This document shows positions 12,435 to 24,699 of a DNA stretch of 64,000 bases, in pieces. Every line of letters starts with the position of its first letter. Position 1 is the first letter of the stretch. The notes beneath the pieces are model-generated. The model was not told the DNA's origin. It saw only the letters and a program-made list of their open reading frames with translations, and made no database searches. Origin of the DNA: Squalus acanthias (Eukaryota); the NCBI GenBank assembly GCA_030390025.1, contig CM059433.1, positions 24,306,001-24,370,000 of the forward strand. The letters run 5' to 3'. A program made the position numbers and the translations under genes.

Positions 12435-13178
12435 GGGGGAAAAATTTGGTTGCTTTGCACCTCCCGTTAGCGCCCTAAGAGGGTGGTAATGGGGCGCTAA
12501 GCAACTAGCACCCGGGCGCGGAGCCGCCAACACCTCCTGCGAAATTCAGCGGGAGGTTAGCGACGGAGGTAATCGTTAGCGCCCCATGGCGCTACGCCGC
12601 CGGCAATGACGTCATCGCCGTGCGCAGTGCCCTGCTCGCGCCCTGGCCGCGATCTTCAGTAGAGCCCCCTGACTTACCGCCGGACACTATGTCCGACGGG
12701 GTCGGGGGGGCCTACCTGCGGCCGGGGCGGCGCTAATTAAAGGCGAGGTACCGGGCGGCCATTTTTGTTGCTGGCCGCCTGCCAGCACCAGCCCCCATTG
12801 CCGTCCCCGACCTCCTCTGCAGGCCCCCCGCGGAGTGCCGGCTGTGCTCCGTGAGCCCGGCACTTCTCTTGAGTGCTGGGCTCTTTTGCCAGCACTCCGA
12901 TTCCTGGTGGCCCAGCTGGGCCCTGGGTCACGCTGCGCAAGGCCCCTCCCCTTGAGATCATCGGACCTGATCTGCATATTTAAAGATGGACCCCGCTTCC
13001 TTCCTGCGGGTGTCCTGCTTGCCTGCTCAAAAGAGCCGGTTAAGATCGGGACACAGCGGGAAGGCAGCGGGTTTACAGGGGGCAAGTGATTGGCTTTATT
13101 ATAACTCTTCCCTATTCCTCCCCCTGCACCCCACTCCGGCCCGGTTTCCGGCAGGCGGGGGCAGTTAAAATCGAGGCC
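12435..13178. mobile_element. Composite PIF/Harbinger-type MITE
   Basis: 12435-12950 is a close copy of the left part of 36898-37628 (GGGGGAAAAATT terminus, preceded by TAA). 12951-13178 is different sequence ending in AAAATCGAGGCC. Confidence 0.75.
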
Positions 13179-13489
13179 GAGGATTCAATACTATTCTGTC
13201 TATTTGTTCGACAGTAAAAGAAAGCAAGAGAATACAAACCAAAAGTAGGACTATCCTGACCTCTATGTCAATTATGCTTGTCAAGCTTTTTCAATCACAA
13301 TAGAGATCATAGGATTGCTCTAACCATCAAATAGCATTCCCTTGCTTTCTCTTACTGGAAAGTGAGGTGGAAGAGTGCTGAATACCTATAATCGAACTAG
13401 CAAATGAGATTTCCATCCAGGTGGAGAGAGAAAGAAGGCAGGAGAAAGCAAGTACATGTCTCTCAACCGTTCTGGATTTTGCAGTAAAA

Positions 13490-13612
13490 AAAGAACTTGC
13501 ATTCTCACATCCTCCGAACATCCCGAATTGCTTCACAACTAATTAATTACTTTTGAAGTGTAGTCACAGTTGCTTTGTAGGCAAGCGCAGCAGCAACTTG
13601 CACACAGCAATC
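13490..13612 (-). mobile_element. Deu-domain SINE 3' fragment
   Basis: Reverse complement matches the 3' part of 39883-40325 (tacttttgaagtgtagtcac). Confidence 0.65.
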
Positions 13613-13801
13613 AGAGGGGGGATGCACTGGAGGAGAGAATCAGAGGGGCAAAGGACATAGGACTGGAGGAGGTTGTACAAGGGAGCTGGGTCGAGGCCAT
13701 GAAGAAATTTACAAACAAGGATAACAATTTTAATTCAGTGGGTTAGAGGGTGTGGAGGCAGTGGAGTTTGTGGAGGGTAGCGATAATGGGTGAAATTAAC
13801 C

Positions 13802-14950
13802 TTTTTTATTCATACCTGGGATGTAAGCATCGCTGGCAAGACCAGCATTTATTGCCCACCCCTAATTGCCCTTGAGAAGGTGGGGGTGAGCCACCTTCTT
13901 GAACCGCTGCAGTCCATGTGGTGAAAGTACTCCCATTGTGCTGTTAGGGAGGAAGTTCCAGGATTTTGACCCAGCGACGATGAAGGAACGCCGATATATT
14001 TCCAGGTCAGGATGGTGTGTGACTTGGAGGAGATGGTTTTCCCATGCGTCTGATGCCCTTGTCCTTCTAAGTGGTAGAGGTCACGGGTTTGGGAGGTGGT
14101 ACGCCGGTGGTGGAGGGAGTGATGGATGGGGTGCCAATCAAGCAGTCTGCTTTGTCCTAGATGGTGTCGAGCTTCTTGAATGTTGTTGGAGCTGCACTCA
14201 TCCAGGCAAGTGGAGAGTATTCCATCACACTCCTAGCCACAGTATTTATCCAGTTAAGTTTCTGGTCAATGGTGATCCCCAGGATGGTGGGGCATTCGGC
14301 GATGGTAATGCCGTTGAATACCAAGGGGCGGTGGTTAGACTCTCGCTTGTTGGAGATAGGCATTGCCTGGCACTTATGTGGCGTGAATGTTACTTGCCAC
14401 TTATGAGCCCAAGCCTCAATGTCATCCAGGTCTTGCTGCATGAGGGCATGGACTGCTTCATTATCTGAGGAGTTGCGAATGGAACTGAACACTGTTCAAT
14501 CATCAGCAAACATCCCCACTTCTGACCTTATGATAGAGGGAAGGTCATTGATGAAGCAGCTGAAGACGGTTGGGCATAGGACACTGCCCCAAGGAACTCG
14601 TGCAGCGATGTCCTGGGGCTGAGATGATTGGCCTTCAACAACCACAACATCTTCCTTTCTGCTAGATACAACTCCAGCCAGTGGAGAGTCTTTCCCCCGA
14701 TTCACATTGATTTCAATTTTACTAGGGCTCCTTGATGCCACACTCAGTCAAATGCTGCCTTGATGTTAGGGCAGTCACTCTCACCTCACTTTGGAATTCA
14801 GCACTTTTGTCCATGTTTGGACCAAGGCTGTAATGAGGTCTGGAGCCGAGTGGGCCTGGCGGAACCCAAACTAAGCATTGGTGAGCAGGTTATTGGCAAG
14901 TAAGTGCCGCTTGACAGCACTGTTGACAACACCTTCCATCACTTTGCTGA
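13802..14950 (-). mobile_element. Family B LINE fragment (RT to 3' end, internal deletions)
   Basis: Homologous to 3870-5190; FINDLPSIIRSEVGMFADD in ORF 14496-14741. Confidence 0.88.
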
Positions 14951-16420
14951 TAACATCCCTGGTAATATCCTGGTAAACCTCCTCTGTACCGTTTCTAAGG
15001 CCTTTATATCTTTCCTGGTGTGGTGCCCAGAATTGTCCGCAATACTCCAGCTGTGGCCTAACCAGTGATTTATAAAGTTCTAGCATGATCTCTTTGCTTT
15101 TATGTTCTATCTCTCTATTTAGAAACCCAAGTAACCCATATGCTTTTTTAACCACCTTATCAACTTGCCCTGCCACCTATAAGGATTTGTATGTATGGAC
15201 ACCAAGGTTTCTCTGCTCATCTACACTTTTCAAAATTGTGCCATTTATAGTAAACTTCTTTCCATATTAGTCCCCCCAAAGTGCATCACTTCATACTTCT
15301 CCGCATTGAACTCCATCTGCCATGCTTCTGCCCATTTCACTATCCTGTCTCTGTCATCCTGAAGTCTACAACTATCCTCATCACTATCTACTACTTTGCC
15401 AAGTTTTGTATCAGCTGCAAACTTTATAATGCTGCTTTCTACACCCGAGTCTAGGTTGTTTATAAATATTGAAAAGAGTAATGGACCCAAAACTGACCAT
15501 TGGGGAACAACACTGCAAACCACCTCCCAGTCTGAAAAACACCCATCCACCCCCACCCTTTGCTTCCTGTCACTGTACCAATACTGCCGCTTTCCCCTTA
15601 ATTCCATAGGCTTCCATCTTCTTAATAAGCCTCCCGTGTGGCACTTTGTCGAATGCCTTCTGAAAGTCCATATATACAACATCTACTGCACTACCTCGAT
15701 CAACCTTCTCTGTTACCTCATTAAAGAATTCAATCAAGTTAGTCAGACACAATTTGCCTTTAATAAATCTGTGCTGGCTCTCCTTGATTAACCCATGTCT
15801 TTCCAAATGAAAGTTTATTTTGTTTTTGATAATGGTTTTCAATAACTTCCCACCGCCACTGTTAGGCTGACTGGCCTGTAGTTTCCTGGTTTATCCCTCT
15901 CCCCTTTCTTGAATTGTGGTATAACATTAGCAACCCTCTGGCCTCCGGCAGTACTCCTGTATCCAATAAGGATTGAAAGGTGTCTCTGCTATTTCTATCT
16001 TTGCTTTTTTCAGAAACCTAGAAAGAAAGAAAGACTTGCATTTATATAGCGCCTTTCACGACCACCGGACATCTCACAGCCAATTAGGTACTTTTAGAGT
16101 GTAGTCACTGTTGTACTGTGGGAAACGCGGCAGCCAATTTGCACACAGCAAACTCCCACAAACAGCAATGTGATAATGACCAGATAATCTGTGCATTCCA
16201 TCCAGACCAGGTGATTTACCAACTTTCGGTAATGCTAATCTTCTAAGTACATCTTCTCTATCTATTACTATCCTGTCCATAACTTCCCTCTCCTCTTTTA
16301 GTGTAACCTTCACATCATCCGCTTCAAAGTACTCGTTCAATACTTTTGCCACGCCCTCTGCCTCTACATGAAGAGCTCCTTTGGGTCCTTAATAGGCCCA
16401 ACATTTTATCCTTAGCTAAC
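14951..16420 (-). mobile_element. CR1 (HER1-like) LINE RT fragment, interrupted by a SINE piece at 16020-16190
   Basis: YMDFQKAFDKVPH, PQWSVLGPLLF, KFAADTKLG, LVRPQLEYC and KSPGLDG in ORFs 14871-16352. Confidence 0.88.
16021..16190 (-). mobile_element. Deu-domain SINE 3' fragment
   Basis: Reverse complement of the 40150-40325 tail, ending in (TTTC)n. Confidence 0.75.
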
Positions 16421-16812
16421 CGTTTACACTTTATGGCCTAGAAATTCCAGTACGCCAGAAACCTGCCGGTAACAGTGCCAGCCAAGGCTAACGGCCGCCC
16501 GCCTGTGAGAGCGCAGGCAGCACCGACCGGTATTTTGGTACTGCCTGCTAATTAACATCAGCGGTGTGGAGAATTTGTGGTATAACGCGCTCTTTCCAGC
16601 GCTAAGCTCAGCAGGAGGCCAAAGGTCGCGTCTATTTGTGACAACAACATTACATGCCACCTGCTTAGCAATCAACGTTACAGGCAAATTGTTTATGCGT
16701 TTGTGGGGAGTCTGTCAACTGCCCCGGGGAAGTCTGTGCTTTGATCGGACTTTGGGTTTTATGGGATCGGAGGAGAAGGGGGGAGTTTGTGGGTGTACAA
16801 CAAGGCGAATTA

Positions 16813-16854
16813 ACAGTTCTGATGAAAGGTCTCGACCTGAAACGTTAACTCTGT
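16813..16854 (+). ncRNA. Minimal type I hammerhead ribozyme motif (Penelope-like-element type)
   Basis: AGTT-CTGATGA-A-AGGT(CTCG)ACCT-GAAA-CG-TT-AACT: both core boxes intact; stem II AGGT/ACCT; stem I AGTT/AACT; palindromic AACGTT in place of stem III. Confidence 0.7.
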
Positions 16855-16945
16855 TTCTCTCTCCACGGATGCTGCCTCGCCTGCTGAGTTTTTCCAGCGT
16901 TTTCTGTTGTTATTTCGGATTTCCAGCATCTGCAGTATTTTGCTA
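16813..16945 (+). mobile_element. Penelope-like element terminal repeat fragment
   Basis: Hammerhead motif followed by ctgtttctctctccacggatgctgcc...ccagcatctgcagtattttgct, a unit also seen at 44423-44630, 59404-59515 and ~28915-29010. Confidence 0.65.
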
Positions 16946-17989
16946 TCGTAAGACAAATTAATTCTTGGAAGTCTGTACCTCTTACAGTGCTGAAGAAGGC
17001 ACGCAGCATTCAGAGTTGTTGAAAGGGAACACAGTTCATTTTTTCTTTTGACATTGAGCCACGATGGCCCATTTAATGCTTTCAAGGACTCTCCCCTATC
17101 ACTTTACCACACATCTCATTCTAAAGGAACAGAGACTAAGCCAAGCTGTTTATTTTAAACGCTTGATTAAATTTTCATGTAGCAGGAAGAAAAAGATGTC
17201 AGACAGGAACAATCAAATCCAGCGCTTTTTAGTTTTTGAAATCATTATAATGTAGTCACAATTTCATTGATATGCTGAGGACACTTTAGTCACCGGCTTA
17301 GAAGGGTCTGACAGCTGAGGGCTTTTTACTATTCCATGCTGAGGACAGTGTACTCATATCTGATAACTTAAAGAATTTGAATTCACACTTCAGATTTCAG
17401 AGATCGAAACACTGAACATCTATAGGTGATTCCTAATCCAAACCTCAAGCTTACTCTTCTAGTCACTCAGAAGTAATCACCTGCTATATTCTGCATCTTC
17501 CCATTTGTTACACATTCAGTATTATAATTGCAGGCAGGATAGTTTCAAATAAGCAAACCACCGATAAACAAAAATCTCAAGGGTTACCTCTCAAGACCTA
17601 GGCTTGCGATTAATATAAACACTGCTACGTGGAGATAATAGTCCTGGCTGTCTTACATTTGTCACTTGAAGAGTCCTCATGGTTAATTACGTTGCTGGAG
17701 CGCTTTTATCGACTGCACGCATGAGCGTGCTTTGGAGAGAGCAGCAAGAGGAGCAGCAATATCTAAAATAAATGAGCGCGCGTCAACTTGGCATTGCACA
17801 CCAAACGCAGGCAATGACAGCGCTGCTGACCTGCCGAAAATGGCGGCCGCCACGGGACCTGCCAGTGGCGGGCGAAAGTACAGCAGCCACCATTTTCTTC
17901 CCCAAAACGGGCCTTAACAACCAACGGTAATACCTCGAATTTTTAGCCTATATGTTTATAAATGTTTTAGGGCTCAATTTAATGTTGCC

Positions 17990-20900
17990 TGCTCATCTTT
18001 TCTTGTAACCTCTCTTTGCCTCCCATATTAACTTTTTCAATTCCTTCCTGTACTTTCCATAATCTTCCTGGTTACTAACTGGATCTTGTTCCTGACATTT
18101 GTCATAAGTGTCCTTTTTCTGTCGTATTTTAACTTTTATTTCCTTTGTCATCCAGGACGCATTGGCCTTTGGATTCTCTACCTTTTTCCTTCAAAGGAAT
18201 TTGTCTAGTTTGTACCTGAACTATCTCTTCCCTGAATGCTGACCATTGCTCCATTACTGCTTTACCCTGCAATCGCCTTTTCCAATCTACCTGTGCTGGG
18301 TCCCTTCTTAAATCACTGAAATTAGCTCTTCCCCAATTGAGCATTTTTACCTTCGATATTTTATGGTCTGTTTCCATAATTTCTTTAAACTGAATTGTGA
18401 ATTAGCTAGATGATCTCCTACTGTAACACACTCCACTTGTCCTACTTCATTTTCCAGAACCAGATCCAACACTGCTTCCTTCTTTGTTGGACTGGAGATA
18501 TATTGATTGAGAAAGTTCTCCTTTTATTTAATTCATTTGTGGGATTAGGGCATCGCTGACAATGCCAGCATTTATTGCCCATCCCTAGTTTCCCTTGAGA
18601 AGGTGGTGGTGAGCGGCCTTCTTGAACCGCTTGCAGTCCGTGTGGTGATGGTACTCCCACAGAGCTGTTAGGTAGGGAGATCCAGGATTTTGACCCAGCG
18701 ACGATGAAGGATCGGCGATATACTTCTAAGTCAGGATGGTGTGTGACTTGGAGGGGAACTTGGAGGTGGTGGTGTTCCCATGCGCCTGCTGCCCTTCTAG
18801 GTGGAAGAGGTCGCGGGTTTGGGAGGTGCTGCCGAAGAAGCCTTGGCGAGTTGCTGCAGTGCATCCTGTAGATGGTACACACTGCAGCCATGGTACGCCA
18901 GTGGTGGAGGGAGTGAATGTTTAAGGTGGTGGATGGGGTGCCAATCAAGCGGGCTGCTTTGTCCTGGATGGTGTCGAGCGTCTTGAGTGTTGTTGGAGCT
19001 GCACTCATCCAGGCAAGTGGAGAGTATTCCATCACACTCCTTACTTGTGCCTTGTAGATGGTGGAAAGGCTTTGGGGAGTCAGGAGGTGAGACACTCGCC
19101 GCAGAATACCTAGCCTCTGACCTGCTCTTGTTGCCACAGTATTTATGTGGCTGGTCCAGTTAAGTTTCTGATTAATGGTGACCCCCAGGATGTTGATAGT
19201 GAGGGATTCAGCGATGGTAATGCCACTGAATGTCAAGGGGAGGTGGTTAGACTCTCACTTGTTGGAGATAGTCATTGCCTGGCACTTTTGTAGCGTGAAT
19301 GTTACCTGCCACTTATCAACCCAAGCCTGAACGTCGTCCAGGTCTTGTTGCATGCGAGCATGGACTGCTTCATTATCTGTGGAGTTGTGAATGGCGCTGA
19401 ACACTGTGCAGTCATCAGCGAACATCCCCATTTCTGACCTTATGTTGGAGGGAAGGTCATTGATGAAGCAGCTGAAGATGGTTGGGCCTAGGACACTGCC
19501 CTGAGGAACTCCTGCAGCGATATCCTGGGGCTGTGATGATTGACCTTCAACCACCTTCCTTTGTGCTAGGTATGACTCCAGCCAGTGGAGCGTTTTCCCC
19601 CTGATTCCCATTGACTTCAGTTTTACTAGGGCTCCTTGATGCCACACTCGGTCAAATGCTGCCTTGTTGTCAAGGGCAGTCACTCTCACCTCACCTCTGG
19701 AATTCAGCTCCTTTGTCCATGTTTGGACCAAGGCTGTAATGAGGTCTGGGGCTGAGTGGTCCTGGTGGAACCCAAACTGGGCATTAGTGAGCAGGTGCCG
19801 CTTGATAGCACTGTCGATGACACCTTCCATCACTTTGCTGATGATTGAGAGTAGACTGATGGGGCGGTAATTGGCCGGGTTGGATTTGTCCTGCTTTTTG
19901 TGGACAGGACATACCTGGGCAGTTTTCCACATTGTCGGGTAGATGCCAGTGTTGTAACTGTACTGGAACAGCTTGGCTAGTTCTGGAGTACAAGTCTTCA
20001 ACACAATAGCCGGGATGTTGTCGGGGCCCATAGCCTTTGCTGTATCCAGTGCGCTCAGCCGTTTCTTGATTTCACGTGGAGTGAATCAAATTGGCTGAAG
20101 AATGGCTTCTGTGATTTTGGGGACCTCGGGAGTAGGCCGATATGGATCATCCACTCGGCACTTCTGGCTGAAGTTGGTTGCAAACGCTTCAGCCTTGTCT
20201 TTTGCACTCACGTGCTGGGCTCCACCATCATTGAGGATGGGAATATTCTTGGAGCCTCCTCCTCCCCCCGTTAGTTGTTTAATGGTCCACCACCATTCAC
20301 GACTGGATGTGGCAGGACTGCAGAGCTTTGATCTGATCCGTTGATTGTGGGATCGCTTAGCCCTGTCTATAGCATGCTGCTTCCGCTTTTTAGCATGCAT
20401 GTAGTCCTGTGTTGCAGCTTCCCCAGGTTGGCACCTCATTTTTAGGTACGCCTAGTGCTGCTCCTGGCATGCTCTTCTACACTCCTTATTGAACCAGTGT
20501 TGGTCCCCTGGCTTGGTGGTAATGGTAGAGTGAGGATGTGCCGGGCCATGAGGTTACAGATTGTGGTGGAATACAATTCTGCTGCTGCTGATGGCCCACA
20601 GCACCTCAGTTTTGAGCTGCTAGATCTGTTCTAAATCTATCCCATTTAACACGGTGGTAGTGCCACACAACACGATGGAGGGTGTTCTCAGTGTGAAGAT
20701 GGGACTTCATCTCCGCAATGACTGTGCGGTGGTCACTGCTGCCAATGCTCAGATGCATCTGCAACAGGTAGATTGGTGAGGAGGAGGTCAAGTAGGTTTT
20801 TCCCGCTTGTTGGTTCACTCACCACCTGTCGCAGGCCCAGACTGGCAGTTATGTCCTTCAGGACTCGGCCAGTACTGGTGCTACCGAGCCACTCTTGGTG

Positions 20901-22250
20901 ATGGACATTGAAGTCCCCCAGAGTACATTCTGTGCCCTTGCTACTCTCAGTGTTTCTTCCAAGTGGTGTTCAACGTGGAGGAGTACTGATTCATCAGCTG
21001 AGGGAGGGCGGTAGGTGGTAATCAGCAGGAGGTTTCCTTGCCCATGCTTGACCTGAAGCCATGAGTCCCGGAGTCAATGTTGAGGACTCCCAGGGCCACT
21101 CCTTCCCAACTGTAAACCACTGTGCCACCACCCCTGGTGGGTCTGTCCTGCCGGTGGGACAGGAGATACCCAGGGATGGTGATGGAGGAGTTCGGGACAT
21201 TGGCTGAAAGGTATGATTCTGACTATGTCAGGCTGTTGCTTGACTAGTCTGTGGGACAGCTCTCCCAATTTTGGCACAAGTCCCCAGATGTTGGTGAGGA
21301 GGACTTTGCAGGGTCAACTGGGCTGGGTGTGCCGTTGCCGTGTCCGTAGCTGGTGCCAAGGTCGATGCTGGGTGGTCCGTCCGGTTTCATTCTTATTATT
21401 TTGTTTCGTAGCAGTTAGTTACAACTGAGTGACTTGCTAGGCCATTTCAGAGGGCAGTTAAGAGTCAACCACATTGCTGTGGGTCTGGAGTCACATATAG
21501 GCCAGACCAGGTAAGGACGGCAGATTTCCTTCCCTAAAGGACATTAGTGAACCAGATGGGTTTTTACGACAATCCAATAGTTTCATGGTTACCATTACTG
21601 ATACTAGCTTTTTAATTCCAGATTTATTTAATTAACTGAATTTAAATTCCCCAGCTGCCATGGTGGGATTTGAACTCACGGATCATTAGTCCAGGCCTGC
21701 TAGATTACTAGCCCAGTGACATTACCACTACGCTACCGTTCCCATATCAGAAATTCCTCTCCTTCCCTACCCTTAACATTATGTTTTTCCCAGTCTATAT
21801 TAGGTTAATTAAAGTCTCCTAATATTACAACTCTATTTTTGTTACACGCCATTGAAATATGCCAACAAATTTGCTCATCTATCTCCTTCTCACTGTTTGG
21901 AGCTCTATAACAATGTAACAGCTCCCCCTCAGTTCCTCAACTCAAGCCAAATAGATTCACGCCTAGAACCATCGAGTATATCCTTTCTATTTAGAACTGT
22001 AACATCATCCTTAATCAATACTGCCACACCCCCTCCTATTTTTCCTTCTCTATCATTCCTGTATACTCGGTAACCAGAAGTATTAAGAACCCATTCCTGG
22101 CCTTGTTTGAGCCATGTCTCTGTTAATGCAACCACGTCATAATCCCATAGCAATTTGTGCCTGCAGCTCACCAACCTTATTAGTTACACTATGGACATTG
22201 ACGTACATACACTTTAATACCTCCTTCATCACTTTTGCTATTTTCCTCAA
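17990..22250 (-). mobile_element. CR1 LINE endonuclease-region fragment split by the family B insertion (host parts ~17990-18521 and ~21743-22250)
   Basis: LKCMYVNVHSVTNK, YDVVALTETWL and GGGVAVLIKD on the right; the frame continues as ENFLNQYI on the left side of the insertion. Confidence 0.85.
18522..21742 (-). mobile_element. Apparently full-length family B LINE: tRNA-like head, ~350-nt 5' region, single decayed EN-RT ORF, A-rich 3' end
   Basis: A box TAGCGTAGTGG (21735-21725) and B box GAGTTCAAATCC (21677-21666); endonuclease start KVLLTNIWGLVPKLGEL...QPDIV; SDH motif; RT ORF 19255-20031; C-terminal ORF 18442-19236; 3' end the same as 5100-5190. Confidence 0.9.
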
Positions 22251-22505
22251 TCTGATCTCTGGAATTTTTAGGATATTTCTAATTTTATTGCTGTTTATAT
22301 CTCTCTGTCCTCTGATCTCATTTCTGCTATTTTTTGGTCCCCCTCCCCCTGCTAAATTAGTTAAAACCCTCCCCAAGGGTTCTGCTTTATCCATGACTTA
22401 ATACAAGATAGGCAGATTGACAACACAGAGATGGTTATGGGTCGATAGTGGTGGTAGGAAGGTAAAGCTGGGTGACATTAAGCTGACTCGATGCCTGTAG
22501 ATATT

Positions 22506-22830
22506 GGGCTGAATTTTCAGGGGTGGTAGTGGGCGCGATCGTGGCGGGTCGGGTGGGAAAGTTGTTATTTTTGACAGCGGGTCGGAAACCCGCTGTCATC
22601 TCGCTCCCACACGCCTTTCCCACAGGTGTGTCTGTCATTGCGGAGCCGACCTGAGCGGCAGCGGCGGGCGACCCAATTGAGACAATTATCAGGTCGTTTA
22701 CAAGGACTTAAGAGCCTTTTTCCCCCTAATTTTAAATTTCCCTGCATGGCCACGGGATTTATGCAGCTCGGGAACCACGTCTGTCAACCTGAGGCAGGAG
22801 TTCCGTGGCCATTGCTCCAGCTGATGACTT
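22506..22830. mobile_element. PIF/Harbinger-type MITE, left-end fragment
   Basis: GGGCTGAATTTT terminus after ATT; GC-rich subterminal sequence like the 46885 element. Confidence 0.5.
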
Positions 22831-23268
22831 GACAGCATGAAAAACAAACCAAAATAAAAACATGTTGATTACATCAGCTAACAGATTGATGGAGATTCTG
22901 TTCTACTTGAAAAGCTAATGGTAAATGTTAATTCAGAAATTCCTGAAGGGATGTGAGTGCTGAAGGCTCCCATCCTACCCTGGATGGTGAGGGAAATACA
23001 TTTTTCACTGGCCATACTCGGCTGTTGCCTTCCAACTCAACAGTAATTGCAGTGAATTGATCTGCACTATAAAAAATGACATATACCATTTAAATAAATT
23101 TTTGTGTTGTTTCTGGTCAGGTTTTTCTCACAGTACACTGTGATTGTCCAGTTACAGATTAAATCAAGTCATCAACCATAACAATTTCATTCTCATCACT
23201 CGTTTCACTGGTTCAATTTACTTTCAGTCCCTGAATATGACTAACTTAATTTTTCAGTCTGAGACTTT

Positions 23269-24183
23269 GGGGGTGAATTTCTGCGGAGGTTCTCTCACTT
23301 GTCCATTGTTAACTTCAATGGAAGAGCTGCAGAAATCTCAGAAACACATTGGGCCAGATATTACGATTCCTACGGGTGGGTACGCACTGTGTACCCACCC
23401 GTAGGGACATTGGAAATGCCGGTTTTAGGCATGCACTGCGCATGCGCTGGAAACCGGCATTTCTGATCTGTCAAGAAAGCTCTTGACAGATCCTCCGCCT
23501 GCCCTGGAGCAGGGCCTCTGCAGGTGGAGAGTTCCGCTATTTGGAGACCCTCCGCCTGCAGAAAACACTTACAATTCTTGTGCCTGGTAAAAGCAGGCGT
23601 AAGGCCTGCTTTTACCAGGATAAGAGTTGAAAAAAGTTTTTTTTTTAAATTTCCACTGATTTATCATTTAAAAATACTTTAGAGAAAGGTAAGTTTATTT
23701 TTAGCCCTGTTAAAAACTTTAATTCTTTTTTTCAAAAATTTTAATTTTTGTTTAAAATACTTAATTTATGTAATTTCAAGTCATTTAAAAAATGTGATTT
23801 TAAAAAAAATTTATTTAAAGTTTTACCATGTTTTGGGGGTGATCTCTATTCATATATTTGACAGGTCTTCCTGTCAAATGTATGAAGGGAGATTCCCTTC
23901 TCTGATTGGCTCCCCATGGCCCACGTGATCCCAGGGACGCTGCGAACTACCTGCGCCTCTGGGATACGTGGGCCCTGCACACTGGCAGTTTGGAGAGGCC
24001 TAGCAGCGGAACTGTGCTCCTCCCGGGAGCCCTCCGGTCCAAGCGCAGATTTTTACAGATCGCAGGCCTCCCGCGGGAGGCCTGCGATCGGAATATCTGG
24101 GCCATTGTAAGCACCACTTACACTGTTTGTCAGGGCTTCCGCAGCTCTTCTGCTGAACTTGCATAAGATTGTAAATCCACCCC
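23269..24183. mobile_element. Short MITE (GGGGTGAATTT / AAATCCACCCC ends) hosting a second MITE
   Basis: Imperfect TIRs and an internal inverted repeat gaagagctgcagaa / ttccgcagctcttc on either side of the inner element. Confidence 0.65.
23351..24103. mobile_element. PIF/Harbinger-type MITE, 753 bp, TSD ATT
   Basis: TIRs GGGCCAGATATTACGAT / ATCGGAATATCTGGGCC; ATT at 23348-23350 and 24104-24106; subterminal hairpins. Confidence 0.85.
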
Positions 24184-24467
24184 TTTTCAATTACATTTAA
24201 AATCTACTTAATTTTATTTATTACCTATACACACACACACATCTTTTATTTGTACCAGTTACTGATACATAAGTCTATAGATTTGTGACTAAAGCACCAA
24301 TAACTTCCCAATTAATGTACTTTTTTAATTATGTTCTTGATCGTATTTGTAGATGGCGTCGTATTGCTTAATGATAATATTATTTAAATATTTCTTTGTC
24401 ACTCATATATATCTTTTATTATATTGGTGTAGAGTAAAGATTCAACATCCACTTTGTTAGATTAAAC

Positions 24468-24691
24468 GTCAAATGTAATGTGGCCATGGTCCTTTAAAGA
24501 TCCTGGCTGAAAACGCGTTATGAATAACGTCACCAGACCATCTCATTGGGCACGGTAATGTGCTGGGCGGGCTTAATAGTTCCCATTAAGGTAAGTTCAT
24601 TTTCAACAGCGGGATGGAACCAGCAGCGGGGTCCCGACCCGCCACGGACACCGCCCGCACCGGATCTGCCCAGGGAGGCAAAATTCTGGCC
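24468..24691. mobile_element. Harbinger right-end fragment related to 42430-42657
   Basis: Shares aatgtggccatggtcc-tttaa...acgtca.cagacc with 42436-42500; ends AAAATTCTGGCC. Confidence 0.6.
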
Positions 24692-24699
24692 AATGTCTC

